DNA from: Patescibacteria group bacterium
Lineage (GTDB): Bacteria; Patescibacteriota; UBA1384; GWA2-35-9; JBASTP01
Length of the DNA: 64,000 bases
Reading direction: 5' to 3'
Assembly (NCBI GenBank): GCA_049274945.1
Contig: JBASTP010000006.1
Coordinates: forward strand, 96,529 to 160,528
Positions 8,818 through 17,283 of this stretch are shown piece after piece. The notes below the pieces were generated by a model, which saw only the letters and a list, made by a program, of their open reading frames with translations, made no database searches and had not been told where the DNA came from. Both the position numbers and the translations under genes were made by a program. Every line of letters begins with the position of its first letter. The first letter of the stretch is position 1.

Positions 8818-9921
8818 TCAGGTATCGAGTTTAAGGGGCATCACCAGATAGCGGTAGTCGCCGGCGCCCACTGGGTTAACGAGCGCCGGAGAGGACTTAT
8901 CCACAAACAGGAGCTCCACCTGCTCGGCCCCCATGGCATTAAGGCCATCGATCAAAAACTTGATGTTAAAACTAATCTCGATTGGTTCGCCGGTGCGCTT
9001 GGTCTCGATCGTGGTAATGTTTGATCCTAGCTCTTGGGCGGTCGCCTCAACGGTGACGCTCGTTGGGTCTTTGAGCCGCATTACCACCGAACCGGCGCCG
9101 TCCCGGGCAAAGATATGGGCCGCGCGGAGCGCCTCGATTAATTTTGTTCGAGAAACTATCGCAGAGGTATTATGCTTGGTGGGGATAATCTGTTCGTAGT
9201 CGGGGAAGTTGCCTTCGAGCAGGCGGGAAACGAGCTCGGTATTGCCCAGGGTAATCTTGATTTGATTTTGGGCGATTGCCAACTCGACTTGGTCGATACT
9301 GGGTTCGATTAACCGCGCTACCTCCTGGAGCGGGCGCGCCGGCACAATCACCTGGAGCGAACCGCCTGGTTTGGCGAGCTTGATCACCTTTTCCGCGAGC
9401 CGAAAGCTGTCGGTTGCTACAAATCGCATTTCTTTAGCATCGGCTTTAATAAGGATGCCGGTGAGCACCGGGCGGGTTTCATCGGTTGCCGCGGCAAATA
9501 CCACTTCGTCAATTGCCTCTTTAAACTTGAGCGCCGGAATGGTTAAGGTTACCTCTTTTTTCACTTCGGGGATGAGCGGGAACTCGGAAGCATCGATGCC
9601 CTTAAGATGAGCGTCGAAGTGCTTACTCTTGATGGTTACCGTAGTATTTTCGAGCGCGAGATCAATGGTTTCGTCGGAGTTATTGCTCACGAGCTCATAA
9701 AACATTCGGGCGGGAACCGTGATTTTCCCCTCTTCCTCAATTTTGGCGCCAATCCAGGTGGTTACCCCGATTTCTAAATCGGTTGCCGAGAGTTTGAGGC
9801 GGCCCTTTTCCGTGCCGCAATATATATTTGCTAATACCGGTAGTGTGGGTCTTGGACTTGTAATCCGCGATACCGTTGCTACCCCCTTAAGTAAGTTTGC
9901 CTGAGTACATGAAAGCTTCAT
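8818..9921 (-). CDS. dnaN: DNA polymerase III beta sliding clamp
   Basis: 367-aa three-domain clamp-like protein located between dnaA and recF. Confidence 0.85.
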   Translation of the reverse strand: MKLSCTQANLLKGVATVSRITSPRPTLPVLANIYCGTEKGRLKLSATDLEIGVTTWIGAKIEEEGKITVPARMFYELVSNNSDETIDLALENTTVTIKSKHFDAHLKGIDASEFPLIPEVKKEVTLTIPALKFKEAIDEVVFAAATDETRPVLTGILIKADAKEMRFVATDSFRLAEKVIKLAKPGGSLQVIVPARPLQEVARLIEPSIDQVELAIAQNQIKITLGNTELVSRLLEGNFPDYEQIIPTKHNTSAIVSRTKLIEALRAAHIFARDGAGSVVMRLKDPTSVTVEATAQELGSNITTIETKRTGEPIEISFNIKFLIDGLNAMGAEQVELLFVDKSSPALVNPVGAGDYRYLVMPLKLDT

Positions 9922-10110
9922 TTGTTATATTCTCCTTTTTATCCCCAACTACTATTTCTATTTAATATATATATTTTAATAATTGCAATAGTAAGAGTTG
10001 TGGATAACGGGGATAAACAGGACTAATGTTCGATGGCTGTTCGGTGGAAAGATACCTGAAACTTATCCACAAGTTATCCCCAAGGCAGCAAGAATTGGGT
10101 ATAACAAGTT
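9922..10110. other. putative oriC (dnaA-dnaN intergenic DnaA-box cluster plus AT-rich unwinding element)
   Basis: Perfect DnaA boxes TGTGGATAA (9999-10007) and TTATCCACA (10063-10071). One-mismatch boxes TTATCCCCA at 9949-9957 and 10074-10082. AT-rich tract TTTAATATATATATTTTAATAATTGCAATAG at 9961-9990. Confidence 0.6.
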
Positions 10111-11451
10111 TTAAAAATTGGGGCTGGTGATAAGTTCTTTCAGGTGGGTGATCTCAGTCTGAAGGGTATCGGACTGAGAGATTCCCCGGTTAATCACCCC
10201 AAAGCCGTGCATGATGGTAGTGTGGTCTCTGTCCCCAAGCAGGTTACCGATCTGGGGATAACTCATATTAACCTCGTTGCGCAACAAGTACATGGCAATG
10301 TGCCTGGGGTAGACTAGTTCTTTTGAGCGTTTTTTCCCCATTAAATCTTCTCGGCTCACCCCAAAGAACCGGCAGATTGCCTCCACTACTCGTTCCGGTT
10401 CCACTTTCATCTGGTTTTGGTCGACAAATGACTCGAGCGCCTTCACCGCGTTGTCGAGCGTGGTCTCGAGCCGGTTGAGCTGGCAGTAGCCAATAATTCG
10501 GTTTAATGCCCCCTCGAGTTCTCGAATATTCGATTTCACGTGGTTTGCCACGTAGTCAACAATATCCCCGTCGAGTGTGATACCCCGTTCCGCGCACTTG
10601 GCCAGGATAATCGCTTGCCGCGTTTCGGTATTGGGAGTTTGGATATCGGTAACCATGCCCATACCAAAGCGCGACGAGAGCCGTTCCTCCAAATCAGAAA
10701 TCGCCTTGGGCATGCGGTCGGCGGTCATTACAATCTGGCGGTTGCTCTGGTGGAGGGCATTGAAGGTGTGGAAAAACTCTTCCTGGGTGCCTTCTTTGCG
10801 GGCAAGAAACTGGATATCATCAACCAAAAAAACATCGACGTTGCGGTACTTGTGCTTGAAGCTGTCCACGGTTTTCAGCTGGAGCGATTGGATGAACTCG
10901 TTGGTAAAGTCTTCGCAGGAAACGTAGCTGATTTTGAGTTTTGGGGCATTGCGGAGAATGTGGTTGCCAATCGCGCTAATCAGGTGGGTTTTCCCCAGCC
11001 CCACGCCGCCGTAGATATAGAGTGGATTATGGAGTTTGCCCGGGTTCTCAGCCACATTTTTACAAGCGGCAAAGGCGAACCGGTTGGATTGCCCAACCAC
11101 AAAGTTATCGAAGGTATAGTCTGATTTGAGCCGACCATTGGTGTTGCTGGTGTTGTTAATACTGACGACCGGGCCGCTTACAATGGGTTGGAGGGCCGGC
11201 GGGGCGATGGTTTGGACCACAAAATCAACGCCGGTAATGTGATCAGCGTGCTTGTGGAGCACCGAGGTGACGACCCGCCGGTACTCGTTTACCATTTTTT
11301 CTTTAATGAAGTCTGACGGCACGGCCACCCGCGCCGTATCACCGTTCACCTCTTTGAGTGTGGTGTGTTTGAACCAGGTGTGGAAGTTGGGCGGCGAGAT
11401 TTCTACTTCAATCTCCCCGAGGGTTGCCTGCCAGAGTTCTGAAAGCTCCAT
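10111..11451 (-). CDS. dnaA: chromosomal replication initiator protein DnaA
   Basis: AAA+ Walker A GGVGLGKTHL, a sensor region, and a C-terminal DnaA-box-binding HTH (…LMGKKRSKELVYPRHIAMYL…). Confidence 0.9.
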   Translation of the reverse strand: MELSELWQATLGEIEVEISPPNFHTWFKHTTLKEVNGDTARVAVPSDFIKEKMVNEYRRVVTSVLHKHADHITGVDFVVQTIAPPALQPIVSGPVVSINNTSNTNGRLKSDYTFDNFVVGQSNRFAFAACKNVAENPGKLHNPLYIYGGVGLGKTHLISAIGNHILRNAPKLKISYVSCEDFTNEFIQSLQLKTVDSFKHKYRNVDVFLVDDIQFLARKEGTQEEFFHTFNALHQSNRQIVMTADRMPKAISDLEERLSSRFGMGMVTDIQTPNTETRQAIILAKCAERGITLDGDIVDYVANHVKSNIRELEGALNRIIGYCQLNRLETTLDNAVKALESFVDQNQMKVEPERVVEAICRFFGVSREDLMGKKRSKELVYPRHIAMYLLRNEVNMSYPQIGNLLGDRDHTTIMHGFGVINRGISQSDTLQTEITHLKELITSPNF

Positions 11452-11484
11452 GTGGTTTTTTCCCTCCTACTTTGATTTACTTCA

Positions 11485-11540
11485 TCATAGTTATCCACAG
11501 CCATATAAGTCAATTGTGGATAGTGGGGATAAGTTAATGG
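11485..11540. promoter_or_regulatory. DnaA-box cluster upstream of dnaA (autoregulatory region / second origin half)
   Basis: TTATCCACA (11491-11499), TGTGGATAG (11515-11523) and GGGGATAAG (11525-11533), all within 90 bp of the dnaA start codon. Confidence 0.55.
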
Positions 11541-11550
11541 CAACAGGTAC

Positions 11551-11795
11551 CGGCTCCCGGGCCACCCTCGGCAGCGCTCTACAGCGGAGTCTGTCCTCGG
11601 CTCGCTTCTTGGTAGCTCCTGCCCACCTTCGGTGGGGCCCGTCGTCCAGGAAGCTCGCCGGGATTGGAGCACCTCGCCTTCGGCGGGTTTCCAATGGCGC
11701 TTGCTTACTGCCTCGGGTTGGCTCCGGTTCGCCGGGTGTCCAGTTTAAACCTTCACACCTCCGAGGTGTGAGTAAGGTCTATATAACAAAAGGCA
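11551..11795. ncRNA. candidate structured RNA element (unclassified), GC-rich
   Basis: ~65% GC stretch with two UUCG-tetraloop hairpins: GCCCACC-UUCG-GGUGGG (~11622-11637) and CGCC-UUCG-GCG (~11675-11685). A nested helix AUUGGA...UCCAAU encloses the second, and a terminal hairpin CACACC...GGUGUG sits at ~11753-11769. No CDS with coding features. The family could not be assigned. Confidence 0.2.
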
Positions 11796-11806
11796 GAATA
11801 TCTATG

Positions 11807-12484
11807 CTACTCTGCCCGAGACTCTTTTTGGAATGTAGCTTGCCACATTATTTTTGTATCATTTTCGAATCGTTGATCGGAACGCGGCGATTCGGTGGCA
11901 AGTTTAATAATCAGCGAATTTTCTTCTGCCAGTTGTTCGAGTTGATCTCTAGTGTAATGAAATAAGAGATCTTTATTCTCGGATTTTATGCGTGTTGCCG
12001 GCACTCTCATAAAAAACAATCCATTATCTTGTAGTACCCGGTTAATTTCAGAAAAGGCTTTCTTTGCCCCTTCCCAAGGGATACTGTGCAGGCTGGCATT
12101 GCTAATAATTGCTTTAAATGATTGATCTGCAAAGGGCAGCTTATAGAAACTTGCTTCGCTTAAATGAGCATCTAAGTTTTTATCTTTCAGTATTTGTTTT
12201 GCCTCCTTGAGCGCCGTTGCAGAAATATCTATACCAAAGGTATTAAGACCCTGCTCAGCCATGTAGGTAAGATTCCTTCCATTACCGCACCCTATTTCGA
12301 GGACTTTGTCTCCTGGTTTAATCTCATCATGATGTTCTTCAAAAAAACGACGTATAAGGCTGGCCACGTTTTTCATCTCGGCATGATAACCTTCTTGATA
12401 TTTTCTATCCCAACCCTCCCTTGATTGTTGTTCGGCTTTGGCCAGTTCTTCTTCGGGTATCGGCTCTCTTTCTAACATGATCAT
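11807..12484 (-). CDS. class I SAM-dependent methyltransferase
   Basis: Motif I VLEIGCGNGRNL in a Rossmann-fold methyltransferase. First gene of an AT-rich block. Confidence 0.7.
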   Translation of the reverse strand: MIMLEREPIPEEELAKAEQQSREGWDRKYQEGYHAEMKNVASLIRRFFEEHHDEIKPGDKVLEIGCGNGRNLTYMAEQGLNTFGIDISATALKEAKQILKDKNLDAHLSEASFYKLPFADQSFKAIISNASLHSIPWEGAKKAFSEINRVLQDNGLFFMRVPATRIKSENKDLLFHYTRDQLEQLAEENSLIIKLATESPRSDQRFENDTKIMWQATFQKESRAE

Positions 12485-13056
12485 TCCTTTGTAAAAGATC
12501 TCTGTTGAAGCAGACCAAATAAATCTATCTTATTTGATTTGAAATAGTCAAACGTATCCACATAAATCTTTTCTAAACCTCGTTGATAGGCTGGATTATT
12601 TTTTATGGGAGGAGAAGTCACGATAATCCCAAATTTATCCCGCATCATTTCAATTGCTGATTTTTGTAATAGTTTGGGATAGTAGGTGTATATTTCCGAG
12701 ACTCTAAAAATAGATGCAGCTGCTAAGTTCAGGGATAAACCGGCAGGGAGATTAGTTGTTTGCAATATTTCTAGTGCAGCCCCCATTTGTCGTTTATCAA
12801 TTTCCACCCGCTCTATATTTTGAACTGTGTGGAAAGAATCCATGAATCGATAGAAAATGTCTTGATCGTCTTTTTTGAGATTCCAGATAATATCATCAAC
12901 AAGGGAGTTCTCGTTGTAGGTAATAACCCCAATATTTTTCTCCTGCCCCTTAAGACTGATGAGAGCTTGCGATCCTTTAGCCGCAAGGCGCAGCTCTTCG
13001 TTTGCCAGAGAGAACTGACCAAGATGGATTGTTGCGTCAAACATTATTTTTTTCAT
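12481..13056 (-). CDS. hypothetical protein (low-GC island)
   Basis: 191-aa ORF with 4-nt overlaps to both neighbours. AT-rich codon usage like the adjacent genes. No recognisable motif. Confidence 0.4.
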   Translation of the reverse strand: MKKIMFDATIHLGQFSLANEELRLAAKGSQALISLKGQEKNIGVITYNENSLVDDIIWNLKKDDQDIFYRFMDSFHTVQNIERVEIDKRQMGAALEILQTTNLPAGLSLNLAAASIFRVSEIYTYYPKLLQKSAIEMMRDKFGIIVTSPPIKNNPAYQRGLEKIYVDTFDYFKSNKIDLFGLLQQRSFTKE

Positions 13057-13844
13057 CTTTTCGCCTCCTTAACCGGTTCAGCTGATCGCAAAATTCCTCT
13101 CCTTACCAGTTCTTTTTTAATATACAAATACCATTCATTATCTCCGAGATGAAATTTGTTAAATTTTTCTAGAATTTTTTGGTTGATAGTTTCACTTTGC
13201 GTTTCGAACATTTCGCGACAAAACTGCGGTTCCAAATTTGCTAAAGAGACCATGTAGCCATCGCACCCGTAAGAGTTTCCAAGTAAGTTGTCCATCCCCT
13301 GAAAAATCGCCATTTCTAATTTATTTACTTTGCGCATTTCAATCATTTTTTGCATAAGTTCAGGGTTTTGTGAACTATCTTTAATGCCAACAATTTTATC
13401 AAGTTTATTAAGTTGAACGATATCCTCAATATTTTCTAATGAATTATCTTGTGAGTTGTATGCGATGATCGGCAAAACACTCATTTTGTTGACAGCTTTG
13501 TAATACGACAAAATTTGTTTTGAAGATGTACCGTGGGAAGAAACGGCAACAGCGCTACATCCTAGAATTAATGCTTCGTTGGTTAATTCATGAATATTAG
13601 CCAATGATTGTTTAAGTATGCCAGCAATAACTGGTTTATTACTTTTTGAGCGGACTGCCCTCACCGCTTCTCGCCACATATCGCTAGAAAGCTTTTCTCC
13701 TTCGCCGGTACTAAGACATGGTACATAACCGTCTATAAATTGATCAACTGAATCGATTAATTTATGCATTGATTCTCGATCAAATTTTCCCTTGTATACT
13801 GGAGTTATCAAGGGAACATAGATACCTTTTAGATTAATTTTCAT
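13053..13844 (-). CDS. DapA/NAL-family class I aldolase (dihydrodipicolinate synthase / N-acetylneuraminate lyase-like)
   Basis: Motifs STGEGEKLS (GxTGE), a Schiff-base lysine context VGIKDSS, and a YN motif (IIAYNSQ). Confidence 0.6.
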   Translation of the reverse strand: MKINLKGIYVPLITPVYKGKFDRESMHKLIDSVDQFIDGYVPCLSTGEGEKLSSDMWREAVRAVRSKSNKPVIAGILKQSLANIHELTNEALILGCSAVAVSSHGTSSKQILSYYKAVNKMSVLPIIAYNSQDNSLENIEDIVQLNKLDKIVGIKDSSQNPELMQKMIEMRKVNKLEMAIFQGMDNLLGNSYGCDGYMVSLANLEPQFCREMFETQSETINQKILEKFNKFHLGDNEWYLYIKKELVRRGILRSAEPVKEAKR

Positions 13845-15043
13845 TGCGATTCGGTGACTTTATCTAGTGCCCGGCGGACCAATTGAATTGCAGGCTTAAA
13901 CATTTCGGTATTGCGAGCTAAAGCAATACGGATAAATTGTTCGCCCTGAGAACGATCATCCCAGAAAAAATATGTCCCTGGTAATACATAAACTCCTTCC
14001 TTTAAAATAGCTTGTTGCAAATAAGTTGCTTTAAATTTTGGATTGGTAATTTTAAACCAGGCAACGCTTACTTTTGATTTAGGTTCTTGATATTCAAGCA
14101 ACGAACCAGACAGTTCTTTTTTGGCTATTTTGCGGTTACGCTCCAAGAGATCATATACTGAGGCAAATTTATCTTTTTTCGAATCAACAATGTATTGAGT
14201 CAACAAGTTTAGGATAAAAGGCGAAACATTTAATAGGTAGCTTGTTTGGATATTGTAAACGTCTTGCCAAATATTCCTACTCGTTTTAATGAGCGCTGTT
14301 TTTGTATCTTGAACTGGCCATGTTTTACCAGTGTCCTCAATTGAAATATAAGTGACACCTGATTTTTCGAGCATCTCGTAGAGATCAAAAACATCTAAAT
14401 TGCGGTCCGGTAACATAAAAGAGGCAAAACAAAAGTCAAAAATCAATAATTTTTTCTTATCTTTCGCAAATCTTATTAACTCTCGATAGGCTGTTTTATC
14501 ATAGGCAAATAAGGTGAATCCAGTAGGATTATTGGGATCAACAATGAAGATAGCATCACTTTTGACATGCTTATTCAGGGTTTTGTAAATTTTTGAGGGA
14601 TCATATAACCATTCTTCCTTGAGGGGTTCTATCTTGATTTGCATATTGGCGAGCAGATCGTGAATATTATCAAAACAGGGCTCCATTAAACTTACTGACA
14701 TCTTCTTTTTCATAAGATAGTTGGCGACAATTGCCATCGCAATTGAGGCGGCATAAACTAGGAGTGCATTATTTGGTTTGAGTGCGTAATATTGCCCTTG
14801 AGCTCGGAAAAAAGTTTTAATAAACCTTTGTTCCATATCATACTGTTTGGTATTTTCGGCTTCGTACCACAGACTGGGAAGGCGATCGATAATTTTTCGT
14901 TGAGATGAAGATTGCGATTGATGGGTGTGGGCATCCGCCAAGTTATATTCTAACTTTAAGGCTTCAATTTCGTGTTGCGTGAGATCTTGGTATTCTTTTT
15001 TTGGCTTTATGCCAAAAATTTTCTCTTTAATGTATTTGAGCAT
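13841..15043 (-). CDS. PLP-dependent aminotransferase, class I/II-like
   Basis: IFIVDPNNPTG (the NPxNPTG motif of fold-type I aminotransferases). 400 aa. Overlaps the downstream aldolase gene by 4 nt. Confidence 0.5.
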   Translation of the reverse strand: MLKYIKEKIFGIKPKKEYQDLTQHEIEALKLEYNLADAHTHQSQSSSQRKIIDRLPSLWYEAENTKQYDMEQRFIKTFFRAQGQYYALKPNNALLVYAASIAMAIVANYLMKKKMSVSLMEPCFDNIHDLLANMQIKIEPLKEEWLYDPSKIYKTLNKHVKSDAIFIVDPNNPTGFTLFAYDKTAYRELIRFAKDKKKLLIFDFCFASFMLPDRNLDVFDLYEMLEKSGVTYISIEDTGKTWPVQDTKTALIKTSRNIWQDVYNIQTSYLLNVSPFILNLLTQYIVDSKKDKFASVYDLLERNRKIAKKELSGSLLEYQEPKSKVSVAWFKITNPKFKATYLQQAILKEGVYVLPGTYFFWDDRSQGEQFIRIALARNTEMFKPAIQLVRRALDKVTESQ

Positions 15044-15103
15044 TAATCAAATTATACTCCGAACGGATGGATTCGTTAATGAAAATATGATAAAATCTGA
15101 CTG

Positions 15104-15238
15104 ATGAAACGAACTTACCAGCCCAATAAGCGACGCCGGGCAAAAAAGCACGGATTCTTGAGTAGAATGCGCACTCGGGTAACCCAACGGGTGCTCAAGC
15201 GCCGCCGCGCTAGGGGGAGAAAACGATTAACCGTTTAA
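15104..15238 (+). CDS. rpmH: 50S ribosomal protein L34
   Basis: 44-aa [47 protein letters not shown]. It is below the ORF-track size cut-off and was translated by hand. Confidence 0.9.
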   Translation: MKRTYQPNKRRRAKKHGFLSRMRTRVTQRVLKRRRARGRKRLTV

Positions 15239-15288
15239 CCAGGTCGGAGCTCGACGGGCTCTTTAAGCGGGTCAAGCCGGTCAAAACC

Positions 15289-15525
15289 GTGCATTTCAGC
15301 TATCGCATGAAGCCGGCAGCTACCCTTGCCACGGCCGTGGTGGTACCCAAGAGTGTTTCGACCAAAGCCACGGTGCGCAATCGCCTGCGGCGCAAGGTAA
15401 AGGGGGTGCTCCAAGTGTTGGGACGGAGTGGCGCAACCGGAGAGTTGGTAGTTGTAGTCCATAAGCCTTTTGCGTTACCATTTACAGAGCTAAAGAGCGA
15501 GTTAGAGCAATGTTTCAAGGCTTAG
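15289..15525 (+). CDS. rnpA: ribonuclease P protein component (5' end uncertain)
   Basis: [24 protein letters not shown] matches the RnpA RNR motif region. RnpA-like residues ([21 protein letters not shown]) continue upstream in frame to 15214 with no ATG/GTG/TTG. The GTG at 15289 is the first canonical start. Confidence 0.6.
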   Translation: MHFSYRMKPAATLATAVVVPKSVSTKATVRNRLRRKVKGVLQVLGRSGATGELVVVVHKPFALPFTELKSELEQCFKA

Positions 15526-15749
15526 CGTTATCGCTCATAAAGTGGTACCAGCGCACCCTTTCGCCAGATCATAGCCCGCTTAAGCAGTATTTCCCGGGTG
15601 GGTACTGCAAATATTCACCCTCCTGTTCCGAGTATAGCTACCAGGCGATTGCTCGCCATGGTGTGGTGAAGGGCGGCTGGCTCGCGGCGTGGCGAATTCT
15701 GCGGTGCAATCCGTGGTCATCGGGCGGAAGTGACCCGGTAGGGCCATGA
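15510..15749 (+). CDS. yidD: membrane protein insertion efficiency factor YidD
   Basis: Hallmark YQRTLSP...[10 protein letters not shown] motif. Overlaps rnpA by 16 nt. Confidence 0.85.
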   Translation: MFQGLALSLIKWYQRTLSPDHSPLKQYFPGGYCKYSPSCSEYSYQAIARHGVVKGGWLAAWRILRCNPWSSGGSDPVGP

Positions 15750-15878
15750 ATAATGAAGTACCACAACCACAGATATTTGATCCACAGATAAACACAGATC
15801 AGGTATGCCCCAATCAGTGATTATCAGTGGATTAACATCAGTGGTTGTTTACCTACCTTTTTAAAATATAACCCGAAC

Positions 15879-16700
15879 ATGAACCCCATTAAAGCCTTCC
15901 TCAAAATTATCCTCCTCAAGCCACTGTACAACCTGCTCGTGTTTTTTGTGTGGCTCGCGCCCGGCGATTCGCTGGGCGTGGCGGTGATTGCCTTAACCAT
16001 TATCGTGCGCCTGGTGCTGCTGCCACCCTCGCTTAAAGCCGCCCGGCTTCAGAAAAAAATGCAGGATCTCGCGCCGGAACTCGTTAAAATCAAGGAGACC
16101 CACAAAGACGACAAGAAAGCGCAAGCCCAGGCGACCTTTGATCTCCATAAAGCCCACGGCATTAACCCGGCGAATTCCTGCCTCCTCTCACTGATTCAGA
16201 TTCCGGTGGTGATTATTCTCTACTACGTGTTTCAGATCGGGCTCGATACCGGCCGGTTCGATTTACTTTATGCTTTTGTACCTCGGCCAGAGCATATTAA
16301 CACCATATTTTTGGGGATTGATCTTGCCAAGCCAGATAAGTTGGTATTCCCGATTCTGATTGCTCTCTCGCAATTTGCTTTTTCCTGGATCATGCCCAAA
16401 ATCACCATGGGGGACGATGCGACCACGAGCAAGCTGTTCCAGTGGCAGTTCAAGTACATCTTTCCGCTGTTTTTTGCCTATATTTCGATCAAACTGCCGG
16501 CCGCCCTGCCGCTCTACTGGGTGGTTTCGAACATTTTTGGTATTGGCCAGCAGCTCTATGTGAATAAAACCACCGGACCAGTACTTGCCACCGCAAGCGT
16601 TGCAGCCTCCATGCCTCCTATGCTGCCCGCACCCGAGTCTTCCAAAGGTGAGAAAATCACCAAGAAAGGTGTTACCATAACCGTGCGGAAAAAGTCGTAA
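15879..16700 (+). CDS. yidC: YidC/Oxa1-family membrane insertase (short form)
   Basis: 273-aa polytopic protein following rnpA-yidD. Conserved hydrophilic helix with KKMQDLAPELVKIKETHKDDKKAQ, typical of the short YidC coiled-coil. Confidence 0.75.
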   Translation: MNPIKAFLKIILLKPLYNLLVFFVWLAPGDSLGVAVIALTIIVRLVLLPPSLKAARLQKKMQDLAPELVKIKETHKDDKKAQAQATFDLHKAHGINPANSCLLSLIQIPVVIILYYVFQIGLDTGRFDLLYAFVPRPEHINTIFLGIDLAKPDKLVFPILIALSQFAFSWIMPKITMGDDATTSKLFQWQFKYIFPLFFAYISIKLPAALPLYWVVSNIFGIGQQLYVNKTTGPVLATASVAASMPPMLPAPESSKGEKITKKGVTITVRKKS

Positions 16701-16719
16701 ATCGCGCTATAATAAAGAT

Positions 16720-17154
16720 ATGGATTCCAAAGATTTCAAAAAAAATATCTTCATCGAAAATACGGTCAAGAACATTTTTATTGTCTTACTTCTTGTGTTA
16801 AGTTTTGGTTTTTTTCGGACTTATCTTTTATCGGTGAATCCAATCGGGGGGGGGTATGATAGTATTCTTTTAGTTTCTTCAATATTTATCGTTTCATTTC
16901 TTTTCGCCGATTACGGTTTTACGTACAAAGATTCTCATATGACAAATGAGATTCAGAGATTGCTTAGTCATTCAATTACCACGTTGATTATGTATGGTAC
17001 CGGAGCACTTCTCGAAATCTCAAGTATTACCATTAATTTAAAAATTGGGAAGCCATTTTTGCCCTTCGAACTTCTTATGGTTTTGTTCTACATTTCTCTT
17101 GTCATGTATGATTATTGGGATCTCAATCGGGCATTCTTGAAAAAATCGCGATAA
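16720..17154 (+). CDS. hypothetical small membrane protein (AT-rich)
   Basis: 144 aa with three or four predicted TM helices. AT-rich relative to its neighbours. Lies immediately 5' of tRNA-Ser. Confidence 0.4.
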   Translation: MDSKDFKKNIFIENTVKNIFIVLLLVLSFGFFRTYLLSVNPIGGGYDSILLVSSIFIVSFLFADYGFTYKDSHMTNEIQRLLSHSITTLIMYGTGALLEISSITINLKIGKPFLPFELLMVLFYISLVMYDYWDLNRAFLKKSR

Positions 17155-17157
17155 CTT

Positions 17158-17242
17158 GGTGGGTTGGCAGAATGGCATCGCACACGCCTCGAAAGCGTGC
17201 GCCCGCAAGGGCTTGCAGGTTCGAATCCTGCACCCACCGCCA
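17158..17242 (+). tRNA. tRNA-Ser (anticodon CGA)
   Basis: Acceptor stem GGTGGGT/ACCCACC. Anticodon loop CUCGAAA gives anticodon CGA. Long variable arm CCCGCAAGGG. T-arm GCAGGTTCGAATCCTGC. Discriminator G plus an encoded CCA. Confidence 0.7.
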
Positions 17243-17283
17243 GTTGGGAAATGAATTCATTTAATTTAGCAGTATAACCATAT

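Noticed and set aside
11403-11694. Minus-strand ORFs 11403..11672 and 11491..11694 in the same GC-rich region
   Set aside because: Arg/Pro/Gly-rich translations typical of GC-rich non-coding sequence. They overlap each other and the DnaA boxes.
11551-11795. Assigning the GC-rich element to RNase P RNA, tmRNA or SRP RNA
   Set aside because: None of the universally conserved motifs could be found on either strand. Missing were the P4 strands of RNase P, the tmRNA tag ORF and T-loop, and the SRP domain IV GGAA/AGCAGC core. Only a generic structured-RNA call is supportable.
11252-11965. 237-aa plus-strand ORF spanning the dnaA 5' end, the DnaA boxes and the GC-rich element
   Set aside because: It overlaps dnaA antisense, crosses a DnaA-box cluster, and has no RBS or domain signal. 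Its openness is explained by high GC. The region is treated as regulatory or structured RNA instead.
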